From positions 7,626,001 through 7,690,000 of the forward strand of contig JBHGNT010000004.1 in NCBI GenBank assembly GCA_043228905.1: a stretch of DNA of 64,000 nt. The letters run 5' to 3'. Positions within the stretch are counted from its first letter, which is position 1. Every line of letters begins with the position of its first letter. The notes under the pieces were generated by a model, which saw only the letters and a list, made by a program, of their open reading frames with translations, was not told the origin of the DNA and searched no databases. This DNA is from Azolla caroliniana (lineage: Eukaryota; Plantae; Polypodiophyta). A program made the position numbers and the translations under genes. Positions 57,601-64,000 of this stretch are shown in pieces.

Positions 57601-59110
57601 GTGGACCAAATTGAGGGGACTCAATTCTCTTGGTGGTGATGTCGGGTGTGATGCGGCTACCTATTTGCCATACTAGCAATGCTCGCAGAATTGGTGATCT
57701 GAGAAGGAGAGCTTGGGGATGTAACCGGCTCTGGATAGGTGCATTATGTTGGCCTTGCTGAGGTGTCCAAATCGTCCGTGCCATAACGATGACACGGGGA
57801 TATCAACCAAAAATAAGTCACCCTCTTTGAGTTTGACATATAAAGGGTACAAAGAGTGTACCTTTGGTCCTCGAGCAAGTAGGAGGTTCCCTTTGTGGAG
57901 TGTCCACCCTCCTAATGAGAACCCGGCACGGATGCCGGCTTCGTCAAGTTGTCTGATTGAGATCAAGGGTCTTGAAAGCTCAAGAACGTGTCGGATGTTG
58001 TGTAGTACGAGTGTAGAGCCACCCGGAAGGTTGAGCTCTACGGTGCCGATTCCGATTATGGCACAGTGTTGCCAATTCCCGACTCAAACTGAGTCAGAGT
58101 GCCGGTTCGAGTATTGCCAAAACTGAGATCGATGAGGTGTCACATGATACGATGCGCCCGAGTCCAGGAGCCATGTGCTCGATTCCTCAGTCGTAAGCAG
58201 AACTTCTGATTCGACTGGGTTCTCTATGGATAGTATGTTCGGGTCAGTCGTCAAAATTTCGGCTGAAGAGCCGGCATAGTTTACCTCCTCATGTCGGCAA
58301 CTCTTCTGATCTACTCTCTGAGCTTTATCGGTTTTTGCTTTGAGTGCCTGACAGTCGGCTTTGATGTGTCCTGGTTTCTTACAGTAGTTGCAGATTCGGT
58401 TGTCTCGGGACTTGCTCCGGCTTCGTTGATTGTTCGGCAGTCGGGAAGAACTTCTTCCCCGGTTGTTCAATCAGTCGATCGAACCTTGTACTACGTAAGC
58501 TTCATCTGCCAAGTCTTTAGAGAAAGACTTTCTCCGAGTTGCTTCAGTCAAGATTGTGCTCGTGATTTCGGAGTACTTAATGGCAGTTGTTGAAGCGTTG
58601 CACATGGTTGTGACGAAAGTTTCCCAAGAAGAGGGGAGACTACTCATGAGTATCATTGCTTTGAGTTCATCCTCTATTGTCGTCCCCTGAGATGATATTT
58701 GGGAGCTTAGGCTTTTGTACTCGTAGAGGTGTGCCTAAACCGAATCAGATTCTTTCATCCGCAAGTTGTAGAGGCGCCGGATCAGATACATCTTCGTTGC
58801 AGCGACCTTCTTTTCATAAGTTTCTGATAGTTTTTTCCAAAGTTCAAAAGTTGTCGAGCATGATTGCACTGTGAAGTACACTGACTCCGACAAGTGCATC
58901 CGAATCATGGCACGGACGATTCTATCCAGCTTTAGCCACTCGTTTGCCTTGTATGCTTTTGGAGGATTTTCATTTTCAATCGGGTCTATCTGACCCTTGA
59001 CTATGAGATAGTCTTGCATTTGTTCCTTCCAGAAATTGAAGTTCGAACCGTCGAACGTCCTTAGACTCATCTCCGATGAGCCGAATGTTGATGCCATCTC
59101 GGAGGAGACA
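54667..59110 (-). mobile_element. Degenerate Ty1/copia (family C, second copy); 3' LTR 54667-54962, 5' LTR missing
   Basis: 296-bp LTR homologous to 25108-25403, PPT (CTCCCCC on +) at 54963; gag-pol collinear with 20522-24415 but with stops and frameshifts. Confidence 0.92.
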
Positions 59111-60745
59111 CAGAGAGGTGCCAAAGATCACACTACGCCAAAGGCTCAGGGCAAGTCGAAATGGGCCTAACCTTCGTAATGAAGCACAAAGCCAACTCAA
59201 TGGCAGTGAACACCTCAAGGTCAAACGAGGTGTGGTATGTGGATTCAAGCACATTGAACCACATCATGAATCAGAAGGAGTGGTTCTTGACTCTAGAAAA
59301 GCAGGAGCAACCGAGGGTTGTCGAAACTGGCGATGACACCCCTCACCCCATCGAACATATCGGAGATGTCCCTCTGAGCCATGTTGGTCAAAAGGGAATC
59401 ATGAGGAATGTCTTACATGCGCCGACAATCACCAAGAACTTGGTGTCAGTTGGAAAATTTGTCAACCAAGGCATGCAAGTTCGATTCACTCATCTTGGGT
59501 GCCTCATAGAGGAGGAAGGCAAGATCATCGCGCAAGGGCGCCGAGAAGGGAGGATGTTTATCCTCGAGAGGAATGACGTAGGCACTGACTGCTATGTTCG
59601 CGAAAGGCCGGAAGGTCGAGTTGGACATCGACCTATGGCACAAGCAGTTCGGCCACGTTAACTTCCCGCGGCTTCGGGAAATGCAAATGAAGAACATCGT
59701 TTTCGGCTTGCCGAAATTCAGTGGCTGAAAGGGCCAAGTCTACGAAGCCTACCAATTTGGGAAGCATCACCGACTTCCGTTTTGCAATGAGCAAAATAGG
59801 AGCCAAAACAAGCTCGATTTGATTCACTCGGATGTGTGGGGACTGGCATAGAATGTGAGCATCGGAGGGAGCTGATATTTCGTGACCTTCATCGATGACT
59901 TCACTCAGCATACCTGGGCATGCCTAATCAAGAAGAAAAGCGAAGTCTTATCCTACTTCTCAAAGGTGAAGAGCCTTGCTGAACGGGGGACAAGCCGAAA
60001 GATCGAATGCCTTAGGACTAATGGTAGAAAGGAGTACTTTTCCAACCAGTTCTCTAGTTATTTGCAAAAGAAAGGAATTCAGCGTGAATTCTTCTACAGA
60101 TACATGCCGCAGTAGAACGGTGTGGGCGAGCCGAAGAATTAGACGATAGAGGAAGCGGCCATGGCAATGCTCGAGGAGAAGCATATGCCGAAGTTCTACT
60201 AGGCCAAAACCGTCAGAACAGCTATATACCTGCAGAATCAGACTTCTGAAAATGGAGTAGTATCGCCACATGAGCTATATTTCGGGAAGCCAAACTTGGC
60301 ACACTTGAGGGTATTCGGTAGCATTGCATATGTGCATGTGCCGAAGGAAAAGCAGAGGAAGTTAAGTGCGAAAGACGAGAAGTGTATCTTGGTCAGTTAC
60401 TCAGATGAGCAAAAGGGTTATAATAAATGTTATAACCCCCAAACGAAAGAGGTATGAGTAAGTCGCCTTCATAGTACTTGCCTTCACCTCCAACCCCCAT
60501 CCACCCCATTCCAAATTCAGAGGATGAGGTCAGTGAGGCCAAGTTGCCCCTCGAAGAGGAAGCAATCAGAACTCTAGAGGAGAGTCCGATTTAATTTCGG
60601 CTAAGTGGGCCAAATGAGAGACTAAGTCAAAAGGACCAATCGGATGATGAGTAGTGGAGACTCAGTTGTGCAATCCCCACGCCAGAAACCGAGGAGACGG
60701 TTTATGCGCAAGGAGAAAGGGAAGATGAAGATGCCGGAATATGGC
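59111..60745 (+). mobile_element. Copia pol fragment (protease-integrase-spacer), similar to family B
   Basis: [10 protein letters not shown]...VWYVDS...[11 protein letters not shown]...TFIDDF...KEKGKMKMPEY; no LTR. Confidence 0.85.
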
Positions 60746-61923
<1,178 letters not shown>

Positions 61924-62859
61924 AGTCCTTTATAATATTTACAAAACATAAGTGAAGGGTATGTTCACTAATGTTAGAAAGGAACTAATGTGATTGAATA
62001 GAAGGAATGGCAGGTGCATGTACATCATGATCTTCACAACTAATGAATGGAGAGTCTTTTAGAAAAGCACAGATTCTATTCAAGGGGCCTAGGAAGAAGT
62101 ATAAATATGAGGCCGAGCCACCTTCATAACGCACATTATGTCAGAAGGTTGAAGACCTGAGACACTAACGGTGCAGGCTAAGCTTTCATTGTGGCAATCG
62201 TGTTACCTATTCCAAGGTTCTAGTTCTAGTCATCCTAATATCCCTCAATATTGGACGTTCATGGTAGGTTGGTTATGTCTTGATTATACTTTAATTTAGT
62301 CTATCAATGAGTAATAGGCTCTTAACATGGGGGGTGTCAATCCCCGTGTCATGTTCATAGCCAAGAGAAAAAGTGATTTAAAGAAGAAAATGAGAAAAGC
62401 AAAACAAGAGAGAAATAAGAGGAGATTTATGTTATAACGAAAGCGTCGAAGACAATATCAATTTCAAAGATAAGAAGGTAATAACAAAACAAGAAGACAA
62501 TAATACAAGCAAGAAGACAATAATTTTTATTTTCTAGAGACGGCGACGACAAGGGTGTTGAAGACTTGCGTTGGATTAGAATGGTTCAACACTAAGCAAA
62601 TCTTGCACTTACATAGCATACATGGGATCACGCATAATCATCACTTAGCATGTTGTGTGCCACTTGGCATGCATGCATGCCATTTGGCGTTCATGCCAAG
62701 TAACTTTATTCATATTAATAATAATATGAAATATATAATGTTGTGATGGTTGCAGTGTACGACTTTTGTTTGAACATTATATGTCCAATTCTTGATATTG
62801 ACATTTTGTGACATCATCTCCTTTGACAACAAATTTCACGAGTCAATGCATGGAAAAAA

Positions 62860-63700
62860 ATTTGGTTTATTGGGGTAGCGAAGATGAAACTCCTATACAA
62901 GTTTAGGGGCATTAACGACAATTGATCATTAAGTGTGTATCCAAGCTAGTCTAGAACATAATGTAGCTTGTTGTTGATGATTGTGGAGTCCAAAATAGTG
63001 TTTGCCTCATATTCTGGCCCAACAAGTTGAAACAAAGGTGTTGGTGGAACAACCAATTTGTGGATAGAATTTCATGTCCATGACTCTGGTAATCAAACGT
63101 GAAATAATGGATGAAGATGCATATATGAAGGCAGGTCCAAAAGAAATGTAACATTGTTGACTTGATTAGAGATTACAAAGGGACTTGGACGTCGTGATAG
63201 TCATACACGATCAACAACTTTAAACTTAGGTTTCTTAGGTGCAAAATCTAAGTGAGGTTTATTTGTTGCCTTCTAGTACTTCGCTTGACCATAAACTAAA
63301 TGATCGAAAAGCTTGGTTTGAATGCATTTGAGTTGTTCTAGATGATCTTGAATGGCAACATTGTTTGAGACTTTTGGATATTTGTGCATTATCCAAAGAG
63401 GAAGGCATCCTATTTTTGTAAAGGATGGAGTGTATCTCGTGTAAGAATGGATTGAATTATTGTAAGCAAACTTGTCATATGTAGAAAATCAATCCAATCA
63501 TCTTGTTGATAGTTGATAAAGCAATGGAGATACTGCTCTAAAGTTTGATTTGTGCATTCAATTTGACCATCAATTTGAGGATGATAGCTTGACGAGAGTT
63601 TACGAGAAATTGTAAGGATCTCAAGTAAGGCTCTAAAAAAATTGCAAAAAATTACATGGCTCATGATCACTAATGGTTTCATCTAAAAGGCTATGATGTT
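62860..63700 (-). pseudogene. Degenerate chromovirus integrase C-terminus and chromodomain (Tcn1-like)
   Basis: LSSSYHPQIDGQIECTNQTLEQYLHCFINYQQDDW (63410..63682) and downstream EYEANTILDS...KLHY...LGY chromodomain remnant at ~63015-62930. Confidence 0.75.
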
Positions 63701-64000
63701 TGGAAACTTCTCGCATAACAAGATTTATTTTTTCCTTATTAGTAAAAGTCTTTCTATACGATAGATAAAGTTCCATCTTCATAAAATTTCGGCTGAAGAG
63801 CCGGCATAGTTTACCTCCTCATGTCGGTAACTAGTTCCAGTCATACCTCTAAAATGTCTCGCCAATGGTGAATCTTGGCACTAATGTAAAACTTCGAGTC
63901 GAGAAGGTCCATCAAGAATGTACATACGGGTGTTTTGAATAAGAAACCCATCATGCCAACTAAAGTTCACATAATCCATAAAGGAAAACTTGGACTATGA

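Overview
Eukaryotic land-plant nuclear DNA, most likely from a fern or other non-seed plant (inferred from Tcn1-like chromovirus remnants, the Copia gag types and TE-swollen introns). There are two intact host genes on the + strand. One is a 17-exon katanin p80 (KTN80/KATNB1) gene (CDS 15013-43164, ~610 aa) with a U12-type first intron and two ~11-kb introns filled with transposons. The other is a 5-exon SDI1/MS5(POLLENLESS3)-family TPR gene (47202-49380, 411 aa). The rest is mostly nested transposons: three Copia LTR families, several Gypsy elements, a LINE family with a (TTTC) tail, a solo LTR, a hAT element carrying foreign DNA and a Pack-MULE carrying a PB1-domain fragment. Four structures stand out. 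(i) An intronic Copia whose 3' end has been rebuilt into two adjacent fold-back hairpins (49-bp and 165-bp arms) that the katanin pre-mRNA would transcribe. (ii) An LTR element whose >740-codon coiled-coil ORF runs antisense to its tRNA-Arg primer-binding site and stops 33 bp from it. (iii) Two cases of gene-fragment capture by TIR transposons. (iv) A 50-bp templated filler copied from 5.5 kb away. Exon models and family assignments come from reading the sequence and recalled motifs, not from database searches.
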